A DNA stretch of 64,000 bases. Source: Camelus dromedarius (taxonomy: Eukaryota). The position numbers were made by a program, and so were the translations under genes. A model generated the notes under the pieces. It ran no database searches, was not told the DNA's origin, and worked only from the letters and a program-made list of their open reading frames with translations. The stretch spans positions 94,676,001 to 94,740,000 of the forward strand of contig NC_087436.1 in NCBI RefSeq assembly GCF_036321535.1, read 5' to 3'. Below, one piece after another: positions 40,918 through 55,255 of the stretch (positions are counted from its first letter, which is position 1; each line of letters begins with the position of its first letter).

Positions 40918-41896
40918 AGGATATTGTAATTACTGTATACAACCCCAAAATTACAGGGTTAAAGCCCCCTGGTGCATTGTCCGCTTCCGCTCCTGCTCTG
41001 TTTCTACTTTTCCCACTGGAAGCCTATGTAAGTTTATAGAAACAATCCCTGAGGATCTGGCAGCTCATAGAGCCTCCTTCTTTTTCATCTTCTTGGTGTC
41101 TAGCTAGATTAATAGCTTCCTTGTGAATATTCCATTTGACATCTTACTTGAAATACTCGTTTTTTCTTGTAACCAGAGACGTAACCCTTGAGCAAAATGG
41201 AACACTGTATTTTTGGTGTATAAAGTCCTTTTGCATTTTTATGGTTTGACATTTTTCTACACCATAGAGTAAAAGGTATTTACCTCTTAAGGCAAATAAT
41301 TTCTAGGCAGTGAGGGAACAGATTTTATATCCCCCATCTGATTTTGCCTTTAATATTTAGATTATTTGGCACTGTATTAATATTTAGAATATTTAGTGCC
41401 AAAAAGGTATCACAATAAAAACCATAGTGGCCAGATCATTTAAAGGTCCATTCACCTCTCTATGCTGATTTTAGAACAGCTGCTCCTGATACCTGTTTGT
41501 ACTGGCTGCATGCGGTGTCAGGGGGGAGCATATCTGTTCTAACACCTCATGAAGAAATGGATCTTGTTATAAGGGACTGTGAATAATCACAGAAGGCCTA
41601 CAGTGATCCCATTCATATCTGTTCTTGAATATTTCAAGAAGTCCAAGTCAGTTCATATACCCAGTATTGCCAATCCCAAGATATTTTAGGGCTACTTTTA
41701 TTTGCTTAATTCAATTTATTTTTTTATGTATGATTCAAAAATCAAGAAGTTAATTAGTTTATAGTGAAAAAATGTCTTCCTACTCATTTTCTCCCTTCTA
41801 CCCATGTCCTATCTCTAGGTATTACTGGCCTTTGTATCTTTGCAGAATTTCTTTATGTAGGTACAAGCAAAATATATCTTATTTGCCCCCCTTTCT

Positions 41897-42124
41897 TTTT
41901 TTTTAAATTAAATTATAGTCGATTTACAATCTTGTGTTAGTCTCTGGTGTACAGCATGATGATTCAGTTATACACACACAACACATACTCTTTTTCATTA
42001 GGGGTTACTACAAAATATTGAATATAGTTCCCTGTGCTATACAGTAGGATCCTGTTGTTTATCTATTTCAAATATAGTAGTTCATATCTGCAAATTCCAA
42101 ACTCCCTGCAAATCTCAAACTCCC
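41897..42124 (-). mobile_element. Short L1 3' end
   Basis: Poly-T and L1 3'UTR motifs; 18-bp near-tandem duplication at 42088-42123 at the 5' junction. Confidence 0.82.
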
Positions 42125-43763
42125 TGTCCCTTTTCTTTGTACACAATTGTTTTTCACCTGCTTTTTATTTTCTGTCAAAAAACAGCATGTCTCATGGAGA
42201 CTTCCCTAAACATTTGTTTTTCAGCTTTATAGTACTCCATTGTACAGATTTACTGTAATCTGAATCACACACTATTGGCAGACATTTAGGTCTGTTTCCA
42301 GTTTTTTGTTAATAACCTTCACAGTATGTGAAAGTACACTCCAGAGCCAATCTTAAGTTTGTGGGATTTACAATAAACAGAAAAACACTGACTGTGATCA
42401 AGAAGTTTGACTTTAATTGGTTCAGCTATTATCTTTTATTCTGAAATGGGTCTTGGGTTATTAAAGAGAAGAGAAATGTTCTTATCAAACCTTGGAAATC
42501 AGGAAAACTGCATCCACTTAACCTTGTAAGTGTAGAATTCTACATACTACTACCCTACAGAAATTTTAGAGGCACCCTTAACGTTTTCTTCCTCCTCCTT
42601 CCATAACCAATTCAGGCAGACACCAAGTGTTGTGCATCTTTTATCCTGTTACCATTTGTGTTTGATCCTTTTTCATTCCCACTTCACCATCCTATCCGTC
42701 CTAGTTATTCACACCAGAATCTCTGTGCGCTTGGTCTTTTCTGCGCTCTGATTGATCCTAATACTGATCAGCTAGAGCACAGATCAATAATGGCTGATAT
42801 TTATCGAATACCTACTGTGTACCAGGCACTGTGTAACTGTTAATATACTAATCATTTCAATCATCACAACTACTCTCTGAGATGATGGTGATGTTTTCAT
42901 TTCACAGGTAAAGAAATGGAGGCACAGAGATTGTATAGCTAAGAGGTGGTAGAGTCAAACACAGATGTGCTGTGAGATGATCTCATGTCTTAAAAAGTTA
43001 ATGACGTAATCATAAGAAATAGGAAATCATTCCTTCAAACTAGGAATGCTACATTAGTCCAGAGAAGAAAGGAAAGAGTGGGTGGAGAAAAGGGAAATTT
43101 TTTTACATAAGAGGGAGGGGTGTAGGATATATTTAAATAAGTGGAAGTTAGTTGTAATATTAACCCAGATGGAAAAATTATGAGTCCCCAGAAGGACTGA
43201 GTTTGTAAAATTGGCAAATGCTGTCAGCCAAACTAGCATTGAACTGTTGCATCAGATTCATTTGGAAAGCTTTAAAAATATTGTTGGTTCCTGACCTCAC
43301 ACCTAAGCTGCTCCTGAATTAGATGATTTAAGAGGCAAGACGTTAGAAACTGTGGTATTGATACTGTCACAGGCTATTCTGATGGACAGGCAGGACAAGG
43401 AACCACACTGAAGAAGGAAGAAGGCATGGGGTTGACTAGAGCAGAGGATGCTTTTTCTGAGAAATGGTAAGAGGTAATATAGATAAGTAGGGCCAAATCA
43501 TATGAGGAAAGGTCAGGCTGACAAGTTCACAGTTGAAGCAGTAGCCAGTGGAGAGTGAGTCACTGGGTTAGTCAGCAGAGATGTGTTAAGAGCAGTGTTT
43601 TGAACAGACTTTTTTGGTAGCAATATGCAGGAAGGAAAGGCTGCAACAGGAACCAAGCTAGGAGAACAGTTATAGGGAACTAGGAGCCACATTATCACTA
43701 TGAGAATCTTAAAACAGAGTGGGCATTTGATCAGGAATGCTTTGTCTAGAAATATGCATTAGT

Positions 43764-43836
43764 TTATTTACTCTTTGGAAAAAACAGCTATTGGTTTGAT
43801 TAATTGTTTCTATTTTTTTAATCCCTATTTTATTTA
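43764..43836 (-). mobile_element. 73-bp internal L1 ORF2 fragment with TSD
   Basis: Minus-strand translation INKIGIKKIETINQTNSCFFQRVNK; 17-bp TSD at 43747 and 43837. Confidence 0.8.
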
Positions 43837-44469
43837 TAGAAATATACATTAGTAAATTTGTGATTTGAGGTTTATCTCTCTGAAGCTTTACAATCTTTTA
43901 CTTGTGAAGAGTATCAAAAAGTAAGGGACCCATTTTCCAAATTGAATAATGTAAGAATTGACTTTGGGGTTACACTTCTGGTCTGTACGTTAATCTGGCA
44001 TTTTGTTTTTGAGAGGGGCACTGTAAGTGATAATGTATAGAAGGTACAGTTATCATTCTTTGACTACCTTTAAATAATCTAGTTTTACCTAATAGCTAGT
44101 TATAAGCTTCTTTATCAAGAATTCTTTTAAAATCTGTATTTTCCAATTTTATTACCCAGTGGAGTAATAATTTTCAGGGATTTGTCTATGTAATACTGTC
44201 AGAGATTATGACATAGCAAAGAGGATAAGAGTACAGACTCTGAAATGAGACCACCTGTATTTAAATGCCAGCTTTGCCACATGCCAACTGTATGACATTA
44301 GGATTTAGCCCTCCCCCTTTCCCCAGTTTCCTCATCTGCAAAATGAAGATATGATAGTACCTACCATAAAATAAGTTTGTTAAAAGAGATTAAGAGAGAG
44401 AATGTCTGGTTCAAAGTAACGACGCAACTTTTAGCTATTATTTAGTAATAAAACTAAGAGACAGTATTT

Positions 44470-45620
44470 TCTTTTTTAAAAAACATCACTCTTGGAGCAG
44501 CTTAGAGGACAGAATTAGAGGAGGCAAGAATAGGCATGGGGAGATCAGTTAAGAGACCATTGCAGTAGACCAGACAAGAAGTGATGGTAGCTTGAGCAAG
44601 CGTGGGCATGGAGCTGGAAATGGACAGATTGATATTTAGGAAGTAAAGTTGACAGAAACTTCATGATGGACTAAAAAGAGGGTCATTGAGAGAACAAAAG
44701 ATGTTTTCATAGGTTTTTGGCCTAGGCAGCTGCATGGATGGAAACCCAATTTGATAGGGCATTGAGGATGGGGCAGGGGTGATACTGATGATTTTGGTTT
44801 GCAATATTGAGTATGTTCAGTGTGATAAGGGATTCAGGTGCATTTTTAAGAAGCTGCCAATGGCACTGTTGTACATCACAGTTTAAGAACTGTTGAAATG
44901 AAGATTAAAAAAAATAGAGAACTATTGATATAGATAGATAGTTGGATATTGGGTCTAAAGTTCAGGGGATTAGAGACTGGGTAAAACTTTATGTGTGGTC
45001 TACATACAGAAGGTAATTTAAGCCACAGGTGAGGATGATAGTGTGTAGAGAAAGAACAGAAAGGAACCTAAAACTGACCATGAGGAATTCAAAATTGCAA
45101 AAGGAAAATGGTAGTGGTAATGGCACAGAAGACAAAGGAAGAAAATGTTTTAAAAAGGAGAGCATTGTCTTGGAAAATGAGGGCTAAAATTACACATTAG
45201 GTGTAGCAGCATAGAAGTATCATTGGTGACCTTTTAAAGAGCTATTTGACTATTAATGGAGGTGGATACCAACCTAAGGAGTGAATGGGAGGAAGTGACA
45301 TGTACATGTAAATGTAGACCAACTCTCAAGACCACTCTTAGCCTTGATAGCTGGACAGGGAAAGAGACTGAGGGATGGATTTTTTTTTCCAAAGATGAGA
45401 GAAACTTTATCATGTTTAAGTGATTATAGGATGGCTGCAGTGGAGAAGGGGTTGTTGAATACACAAGAGAGGATAATGGATAGATTTTTGCAAAAGCACT
45501 GGGATCCAAAGCTCAAGTTGAGAAATTGGTCTTTAGTTATGGAGGCACATTTAGTACGGTAGGCGGGAACAAGGAAAGGAATAGATATGGATATAGAAGG
45601 GGGAAATGCTGATTTATTGT
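44470..45620 (-). mobile_element. LINE-2 fragments (with a MER5-like piece at ~44780-44895)
   Basis: Purine-rich L2 antisense motifs (gagatcagttaagagaccattgcagtag; cattggtgacctt). Confidence 0.7.
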
Positions 45621-46794
45621 GTGATAAACAATGAAAATTTGGTGATCCCAAGTACTGTGTTAACTGTTTCTGGGGAAGTGATTGGGTTGGAACAGGGGCT
45701 AGATTCCTATCCAGTCTGCTCTTGGGACAGCTCAGCTCTTTGCTTGACTTTGTCCCGTTCGGTCACTAACCCTTTGTTCTTAGCGGTGTATCACCTGGGC
45801 CCTGGGCCCATGGATCTCAGTGTGATGCATTCATTTAGTTTCAGAATCTTGTCTAGATTTCTTTTACTTTTTCCTGAGTTAAGGAGACCAAAACCAAACA
45901 TTTATACATAGTCTTGCTGTTTTAGTAACTACCTAGAGGTACTATTTTCTTTAGAAATCTAATCTTTTACAAATTTTCATTTCTGACACCTGAGTTCTCT
46001 AATATGTTTCAATAAAGAATCTGTTTCGTTTATTAGAAATTTGTTAAGGGCATAGCACGAGCCAGGCACTGTGCTAGGTACTTGTTATTCTGAATTAAAT
46101 GAGATATGGCTGTCTTGAGGAGCTAGAAAGACTATACCTACACAGACACTTGACTTTTTTCTCTTGATAAATGCATAGACTTTAAAATATCTAGATCTGA
46201 ATCCAAATTCTTTTTTCAAGAAAGAAAGCCAAATTAGTATCTTTGAGAATGTCATTAAAGGGGTCTTTAATTTATATGTTATACAACCTGATTGTTCCCT
46301 CTTTCTTAAGCTCTGTTATTTTTTCATACTGCTTCTGTAGTTAAAACACATAATCCCCTCCTCCACTAAAGTAAAGTGTGTTTACTGCGTCTCAGGTGGT
46401 CTTTAACCTGGTTCTGCAGATCTCAGTGTATGGATTGGTGGTTTTGTAGGTCTATGAATCTTTTGCAATTATATGCAAAATTGTTGAATGTGTATACACG
46501 GATTCTTATAGTGGAAAGAGTCCTTTTTATCAAAATCTCAAAGGATTCTATTACCCCAAAATATTAAGAACTACTACACTATTAAAAATCTTCATTTTAA
46601 TAGGCTTTGACTTGTGACTGTTTTACACCATTTACCATTTAGATTTTCTCCCAGGAGGGAAGGGAAATTGAAGCTGTAATACTTCATAATTCTTAAAATT
46701 ATTAATACAACTTTTAAAATTAATACAGCTTTTGAATTTTTGGAGCTGACATTTAAACATTTGCATTTTTTACATTTATCTAACAATATTATAA

Positions 46795-46998
<204 letters not shown>

Positions 46999-48454
46999 TA
47001 GAAATCCACTTGGGTGGGGGAATGGGTGTGGCCTGGGAAGGGGGAGGAGTTTGTTTTGATCGAAATAATATGATTTAGCAAAAGGAAGATTTAACTCATG
47101 GACTAAGTTCTTCCTGTGTAGTCCTCAAAAATCTTGCAGCCACTAATGGCTTAGTGTTCATGGAGTTACATATAGAGAAAAGTATAAACCAGTAGCCCAA
47201 AAATCATCTTAAGGTGAATTCCAATCTTTATTCACATGAGAAGCATAAAAAAATGATCCAGTGCATAATAATAATCCACAGCAATTTTTCTCAAATCTCA
47301 ATCCTCCACTACCCGGTTCTGTCCACCTCACCGTTGATCCTTGTCTCTCATGCTTCCAGCTCCCTAAATTCTCTTACTAGCTTGTGTTCAAGTGTCCCCC
47401 AACAACACTTCATTTTCTCCCCTTCTGTCCTAGCTGTCAGCTGCAACAGACACTGAGCCTGTCTGGCTAAACCTGGTTTCCCATTGTCCCATCCTATTTA
47501 TCTCAAATTCATTCTTCCAGTTCTGCATCACAACAGGTCAACTGAGCTGGCTAAAGCAGAGCTAGGAATCATTCATGGTGATAAATCTTGATAGTTAGGA
47601 TTACAACCATTTTCAGAACCTTCTAAATGAAAACTATGATAAAGTGACCCAATAGGGAGTTTTTGATACTGTCTTCAGTAGAGCTCCATTAAAGGATTCC
47701 TTTTAATTGTTTTTAGAACCAGTATTTACATTTTTTCTTTCTCATTTGATTTGGATATTATTAAAAATATTTCCATAATGAATTTACTTGTTGAACACCA
47801 AATTATCCCACTAATTCCCTTCTTCAACCTTCAGCATGTGGAATTCCTAAAATGATGGCTTCTTTTCCCCAACCCTGTGTTGTTAATACTAGAAAGAAGT
47901 TCGGCTAGACTAATTGCTTATATAGGAGAAAGCAAATGTGTCATGTTAATTAGTCAGTGCTTTGGGTTTTTTTTTTTTTTTTTTTAAGATTTAGAATATT
48001 TAAATATGTAGCATGCTGACTTTAGTTTAGAAAGAAGGCCTCATTAGCACTATATAAAATGCCTTAAATTTATTTTTGGTTTTTCTTGGAGAGGAAGGTA
48101 TCTATAAAACAGCTTGCACATTGTCTTGATAAAGTGCTTTCTCCTCCTTCTTTCTTACTTTCATATCAAAGAGCAACATCCTCAATGTTTGGACCCAAAG
48201 AAATCCAGCTTAATAAGCTGACTTTGAAGCCATTAAAAGTGACAGAAATGCAAGATTACAGTCCCCTGAACCTTAATTCATAGTAGACCGTCAGTCCTAG
48301 GAATAGCAGTCCCCCTGCTCTAGGAGTAAGCACGAAAACATACTGACTAATTCCAAGTAGAAGAATTGATCTCCCTTAACTAGGCCATCATACAGCATGT
48401 CAGAGTAAATAAATGGAATCTTCCTGAAGATTCCTAAAATCTCTGATCTTTCCT

Positions 48455-48856
48455 TTGCAGTTCAGATGCTTTCTATTACAAGGAACAAAAATCAGTTCAG
48501 CCTGGTTTAAATAATTGGCTTTACTGGTTTCTACATCAGAAAAATCCAGAGGTAGGGTCATTGTTAGAAAGTTTAACAGTGTCGTCAGAGACCCAGTTTC
48601 TTTCTTCCAACCATCAGCTTCATTCCAAGGTGGGCTCCCTTTGTGGCCATAAGATGGCTGCCAGTAGCAACTGGAGCCACATGCTTCCTCACTGACTGAC
48701 TTTCTGTTGTGAGAAACAGGAGTCTCCAGCTTCACTTTGATTGTACTGTACTCGGTCACCTTAGCAAGAGGGAGGAGACTGTCTTGATTGGTTTAAATAT
48801 CACCTCTGGAGCTGTCAGGGAGAGCACTTTCACCCAAATCACATCACTGTTACACA
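48455..48856. mobile_element. Old MaLR LTR (MLT1K/L-like)
   Basis: aagatggctgccagtagc, gattggtt motifs; TG...CA-like ends. Confidence 0.6.
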
Positions 48857-49076
48857 GTTTTCCTTTCTTCCGTGCTGTAGGGAAGAAAGGGACAAACACT
48901 GTGAATCACAGTATTAATCTAGTGCTCCCTGTGCAAAAACAAATGAGAAGTCCAAATAAGTGTGTGATTGAGATGGGAGGGTGAAGGGCATTGCTGCTCA
49001 GTTCTTACTTATGTGTTAGATTGGTGGCCCTGGGATTTAAGAGTCTATCCCATAATTTCTCTCTTTTAAATGCCAG

Positions 49077-49109
49077 GGACAAGATCCACCAGCCCCTCCT
49101 GTGGACTAA
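49077..49109 (+). CDS. SMIM14: SMIM14 last coding exon (GQDPPAPPVD*)
   Basis: Acceptor tttctctcttttaaatgccag; TAA at 49107-49109; total CDS 75+49+143+33=300 nt = 99 aa + stop. Confidence 0.97.
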   Translation, partial: GQDPPAPPVD

Positions 49110-52100
49110 CTTTGTGATATGGGAAGTGAAAATAGTTAACATCTTGCACGACCAAATGAACGAAGATGACCAGAGTACTCTTAACCCCATTAGAACTGTT
49201 TTTCCTTTCGCATTTGCTGTATGGGATGGTATTGTTTTCATGAGCTTCTGGAAATTTCACTTGCAAGCTTATTTTTGCTTCCTGTGTTATCACCTTTCCT
49301 ATTTACAGTATATTTGAGTAAATGATTGCATTAAAAAGCTACATGTGGCTTTTTTGGTTATCCTAAACTTAAACATTCCATTCATTCTATTTGTAACTGT
49401 GATTATAATTTTTGTGATAGTTTCTGGCCTGATTGAAGGAAATTTGAGATCCCTGCGTTTAAATATTTTAAATAGTTTTATAGGTTTAAATTTTTTTCAT
49501 AAGGTATTTATAAAGTTATTTGGGGTTATCTGAGATTGTATGAAAGAAAATTAGAACCACACTGTATTTACACTTACCTTGGTAGTTTATTTGTGGGTGG
49601 CAGTTTTCTCTAGTTCTTGGGACTGTGACAGCCTTTGGAATATTGTACAAGTTACAGTTGAACTCTGTATTATCCACTAAAACTAGCTTATGTGGTTAGA
49701 AATGGAGGAAAGAACAAAATGAAACAATTGTTTACTCAGTTTTTTATTCCCATAAAAATGTCTAATATTAAGAAAACTTTAAATAAACATGAATTAAATA
49801 TGGTAGGTGACTTAGAGTCCATTATATGACATTTGTAAGCCACTGTACACTAGCCTTACATGGTTCATAAAAGGAGGGGAAAAGTTAATTCTTTCTGCCT
49901 TTGCCAGGTATAATCTATACAGTAATAATTTAAGCTGTAATTTATTTTTTAAATGGATGCCTCTCAGGAAGCTGCTTTTCTTTTGTAACACTTCCCTGTT
50001 AAATGAAACTATCTTAAAGCTGTATTAGGGGCCTGTTTGGTTACTGACATTTGAATGCTATTTACTTACTTACTCTATTTTTTTCCAAGAAAAAATTTTG
50101 AGTCTTGTTATCTGACTTTAAAAAGTATTTAATGAATTCTTGGTTCACTCCAAGGAAAATGAGAAACAATCAAGGATCTTTTTCTCAACCCCGTCTCATT
50201 CTTGTTTGGTAATAGGATGGACTGGAGTAGGGAGGAGCATTAATATAAGTAAAAGTTTGAAATGTATAGAAAAGTAAAAGGTTGATTGGTTTTCGTTCAG
50301 TTTGAAAGAAAACGAAGACAAATGGCATTAAGAAAAAGTCCGCATGACTTGTGTGTTTATGGATTTATTCCCCTAGAAAGTGATTGCAAATGATTTGTGG
50401 GGGCTAGAAGATACTTAGCTATCAGTGTAAGGATTTCCTCCCTTCCCAGATCAGTCTAGCTTTTTACTGTATAGATCTGAGAAATTACTTGTATGAATTA
50501 ATAAACTTCTCTGTATCATTGTTTAATAGAGTCTCTGATACAATTATGTGATGCTCATAGGGTATTTGTTTTCCTTTATTATGATTATATTCTAGGCTGT
50601 AAACACTTTAAGGGCTTCATTTCATTTTCTAATCCGATACTGACTGCTTGTGTTCCTCAACTGTACATCTTGGCTTTGTGCTCAACTCCTTGAAATAATA
50701 CAACTTACTCTTAATTACTTGTGTTAATCAAGAGGTATCATAACACAGGTAAGTCAGATCCTGGATAAATGAGCACCATAGATTTAAGGTTTTTCCTCCT
50801 GATGTGGCCTACTGGAAGCCTTGCCAGCTCTATAGCTCTTAAAGCATTTACAGCAGAAAGGGCAGGAGTGGCAGAAGATGGAGCCAAGTCCCTGTAGGCA
50901 TTCATTTCTCTACCCTTGCCCCTGAACCTTGAACAAAGGCTTGCACATAAGTCCCAACAGTCTGCTCTCTAAGCTGCTCGAAAGCCAGTCTCTGGCAGAG
51001 ATACTGATGTGTTCACTGAATCTGTGGCTCACAAATAATTGAGAATTGACTTTGGTTGAATAAGTGGCTGTGACATGTAAACAGAATGTCTAGTGTTAAC
51101 TAGAAACCTGGAAATGTGGGTCTTATTCTTAGTTCTTCATTTCTGTCACATATACTTAATTGACATTATATCTAGAATATCCTATATGGACCATCTGTTT
51201 AATTAGTAACTAAAGTTCTTAGTGAAGTATTTAGTCTTAGTTTTTTTTTTGCTTGTAAAATTTCTCTGCACTCCTGACAAAGACAATATGCAGTAGCACA
51301 TAAAGTATTCCTATTAACCTAACTAGTAATTTATATTATTCTATTTAATTCTGAAAGCTTCTACATGTGGCCTTTTTACTGAGCACACTCTTACTCATTA
51401 CTTGGCTTATAAACATTCGCCTGAACTGTGGCTACAATCATTTTTAAGTAATCGAGAAAAAAGAAAGATAATGCTTCACATTTTAATCACTTTTGGCTCT
51501 TAAACATTCCACAAATGCCATTAAGAGTTGATTTTGTTTTAGAATTATTTAATGTTCTTATATGCAAAATGTTTTTCTGCTTTCCACGTGGAAAAAATTA
51601 ACATTGGAACTGTGTATAGTAAAAGATTTCATCATGTATCCAAGCACTATCCCATGGTCAGCAAGTCATATTTTAAACTTGGAAAGATTTTCAGAAGTAA
51701 CTATTAAGTACAGCTATTTTATGGTTACTTTCAGTGTCTTTGTGGTATGCGATGTGATAGTGTTTATGGAATTACCTACATCTTACCTTTTCAAAGGAAC
51801 CTTAGAAGCCTCTTACCCTGAATCAGTCTGTCACTCTAAACGAATATGTGCTAAAATTTGACCAGCTCAGTTTAAGACACAAAACAGCAACTTGAAGGAG
51901 AAATGGAGAGAGTTTAACGGGTTAAATTTTTGTTGTTGCAATAGTAGGTTTAGTCTTAACATTATAATATTCTGAATGAAGCGTCATACTATTTGTTACC
52001 ATGTCTGATGATTACTTTGTTAAAAGCAAAAGTGGTCATGTGATATACTAAATGGGAATTGTTTTTAAATGTTTAAATCATGCCAAACAAATCATGTCTG

Positions 52101-52210
52101 TGCCATCCAGGGTTTATTGTAATCTTTTACTGAGTACTTGGATTGGGATAAAGGGCTTGTACTATGCACTTTTTATTAATGAATAAATAGAAAATGTTAG
52201 TTAACACTCA
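49110..52210 (+). other. SMIM14: SMIM14 long 3'UTR
   Basis: Repeat-poor AT-rich stretch after the stop; the end is inferred from the distal poly(A) signal. Confidence 0.7.
49782..49798 (+). terminator. Candidate proximal poly(A) signal
   Basis: AATAAA 49782-49787 plus ATTAAA 49793-49798; another AATAAA at 50500-50505. Confidence 0.5.
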
Positions 52211-52235
52211 CTGTTTTCTGTTTGGCTTTTGTGGG
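52158..52235 (+). terminator. Distal polyadenylation site
   Basis: UGUA near 52159, AATAAA 52182-52187, downstream GU/U-rich ctgttttctgtttggcttttgtggg. Confidence 0.75.
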
Positions 52236-54225
52236 AAGAGAAGCGAGTATCTTTTCTTGTAAAATGTTAATGTCCTTTATTAAAGTTTCTTTGTAAGGCT
52301 TTTTACCTACCCCTAACTAAGACATTCCTAAGAGCAAACTTTGAGTTACAGGAAGAATATTTATGTAACAGCAGTGTGGGGCCAGTGTTCAGTCGTAAAG
52401 ATTCTAAGAATCTCTAAGAAATAAGATTGCAATTACATTTCTTTTGTTGTTTTTTTTTAAAATTTCTTCCTAGAATACAGGGTCAATAGACATTTTCTTT
52501 GAGAGTATAATATCCAATAGTGTTCATTATTTGAGAAGACATATGTTACCCCAGAGGAGCTAGACATGTAACGGTACTGAAAACACAAACTCACACAAAG
52601 GTGAAAGTTTGCTTTTGCTCTGTGACCTGGAATGCATCCAAATACTAAAGATCATTAATACTCATCTATTAAAAAATGATACAGTTGTTCTGACATGATT
52701 ATGATGTCAGTGTCTGTGTGATACTTAAGTGTTATTTATAATAGCAAAATGTGTGAAATTATAACTTCCTGGAGATAATGATTTCAGTCTAAAGTTTGTC
52801 AGGTATATGTCAGTGAATATCTGAATCCCCAATAAAACTGTTAAGTTTTCATTAAATAGTTTCAGAAAATGGAATTCTAGGAAGTTTTTTTTTTCCCTGA
52901 CATTTCATCTGATAGTTTTCTCAACTTAGAATCTCAGTTTATAGGACTGATTTCCTTCCACCGCCCACCCCCAAATGTTCCACAAACACCAGCCACAATT
53001 ATCTCTCATGCTCTGACTTTTAAAAACTGGGGTTATCAGTGTGATCTTTCCTCACAGGGAACTTAACCCTGCCCATCTTTTCTTAAATTGATTATGCTCG
53101 TTCAAAAGACATTTCAATAAGCGTTTATATTTATGGCTTAACTGTTTATGCTTTAAAGTGGGTATTATTCAGGACTAGATTATAGAAACCATTTTAAACC
53201 ATCCAACGCCAAATGAAGATGTCTGTTGAAAGGGAGGAGCGAGATGTCTGGAGGTAGGAAATACAGAGGAGCAAGGAAAAATATGTGTAGTTTTAAGAAT
53301 AAAGCAACCTTCATATCAAATAAGACTTTTATTCCCTTATACAAAACTCTGCTTTTTTATAGGAAATTTAGGAATGAGAAAAAAATTATTTACAATCCTT
53401 GCAATGTCTGAGGCTTTGCCTCTTAAATATATGGTTCTACACTGCTCATAAGCTCATATACTCAGGCTATGTCTTGATAAAGGATTTGAATTGCATTGTT
53501 TCTATTCATTTTGAAAAACTGAGCAGAATTAAAGAATACAAATACTACATAGCAGACTCAGCATGATGGAAGAATCTCGTATTTTGTTTTTAAAGAAATG
53601 TATCTGTTACATAGTCACTCATTAATTCTGTGCCTAAAGGGGAGGCACTTTACGTACAAAAGGAATTACAGATCCTAGACTGAATGCAGCTTTCCCTGAT
53701 AACTAATTAGTATGTAAACATTAAATTTTAGAATTCCGGGTATCTTTAAAAGGGATTCCTTACAATTAATCTAGCAAGTACAGTTTTGTGGTGACAACAT
53801 ACAAAATGTAAATCTGACACCAGAACCAGCCCAACAGATGGATTAAGATTTACATCCTTGCAGATGTTCTTAGCCTTCATTTTTTTATCTAACAGTCTTA
53901 AAGACTACTTTTTACTCTGTTTTGTGTCACATTGCAGTTTTGTCACACTCCCTCATCTTCCTGGAATTTCACTAACAATTGCCTGTTGAAAGCTGGCTAT
54001 GTTAACCAGAGCTAAATCAGAAAATAGATGGCTTAAGGAAATCTTGGGCTAAATAAAGTAATATTAAAAATTACAGTTTCTCCATTACAGAATGAGTAGG
54101 GCTTACAGTTTTCCCCCTCCACAACATCTAAGGAATTTTTTCATTACATCACAATATTTTGAGAACTCAGCCACATATGTGTAAACTGGCAACAGTTAAG
54201 GTTGAATTCTGTGTCTGCTTGTATT

Positions 54226-54372
54226 TTTTTAATATACATTTTTATTGAAGTATAGTCAGTTTACAATGTGTCAGTTTCTGGTGAACAGCACAATACTTCA
54301 GTCATATAGGAACATACATATATTCATTTTCATATTCTTTCACCATAGGTTACCATAAGATACTGAATATAG
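54226..54372 (-). mobile_element. Short L1 3' end
   Basis: 19-bp TSD ttctgtgtc(tg/ct)cttgtatt at 54207 and 54373. Confidence 0.87.
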
Positions 54373-54698
54373 TTCTGTGTCCTCTTGTATTAATTTCTGA
54401 TGCTAATCTCTGAGAGCATCAAAGATATTCAGAGTGTTTCTATTGAAGAGATAGCTGACATTGACCTTCTTTATCATGTATTCTATAATTTTCATCCAGC
54501 TCTCAGACTTCTACTTTCATTGTACCAATCTTCTCGTATTTAGTATTGTAATAATGTGTAGCCTTGGGGAAAAAGTGCTAAATGAGCTAGCTTTGCGTAA
54601 GCCGTACATAATGTTAAGGTAAACAGTTTATTCAGATTTTTAGTTTTTGACACAACAGAAAAAAATAGGCCAGAGGCCAAAGCATACAGTAATAACTT

Positions 54699-55003
54699 AC
54701 AGAGATCCTCAAACTTTCCAGTTTGGGGACCCCAAAGAGATTTTGTTTACATGGGTTATATCTATCAATATACATACTATGTCCAAGATTAAAACTGAGA
54801 CCATTTATAAGTGTTAAGTATTTTAAAACAATAATACACCCAATACATGTTAAAATATTTTTGATGAAAATAACCATTTTCCAAAATGAAAATTTAGTGA
54901 AAAGAGTGGCATTGGTCTGCATTTTTGCAAATCTCTTTAATAGCTGGCTTAATAGAAGCAAGCTAGGTCATCATTTCTACTTCCACATTCAGTCTGTTAC
55001 AAT
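54699..55003. mobile_element. hAT Charlie1-like fragment
   Basis: gaccccaaagag..tttgtttacatgggttatatctatc; aaagagtggcattg..tgcatttttgcaaatctctttaat. Confidence 0.75.
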
Positions 55004-55254
55004 AAGTTCCCTTCTTACGAAACGTTAGTTTTCAGTAACTAAAAGACTAATGGCATTTCAACCAGCCTGTGCCTTGACTAAGGAATACAAAGCTATGTGG
55101 CCCTTCAGCAGTCTGCTTAATTCGGAACATTGCTTTCCTTGTTTATTTATCAAGTATAATACTACTTTCCACCAAACTAAAGTGAGAAATGAAATGTGTG
55201 TAAAAATGCTTTGTAAAGCATTAAACATTGTTATGTAAGGGCCTTCACCATCCC

Positions 55255-55255
<1 letters not shown>

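Noticed and set aside
41351..41403. tttggcact/agtgccaaa inverted repeat
   Set aside because: A 9-bp stem is plausible by chance in 64 kb of AT-rich DNA; the spacing does not fit an NFI site.
48400..49533. Cluster of overlapping ORFs around the last exon
   Set aside because: They overlap an MLT LTR, intron and UTR; only the 33-nt spliced frame fits SMIM14.
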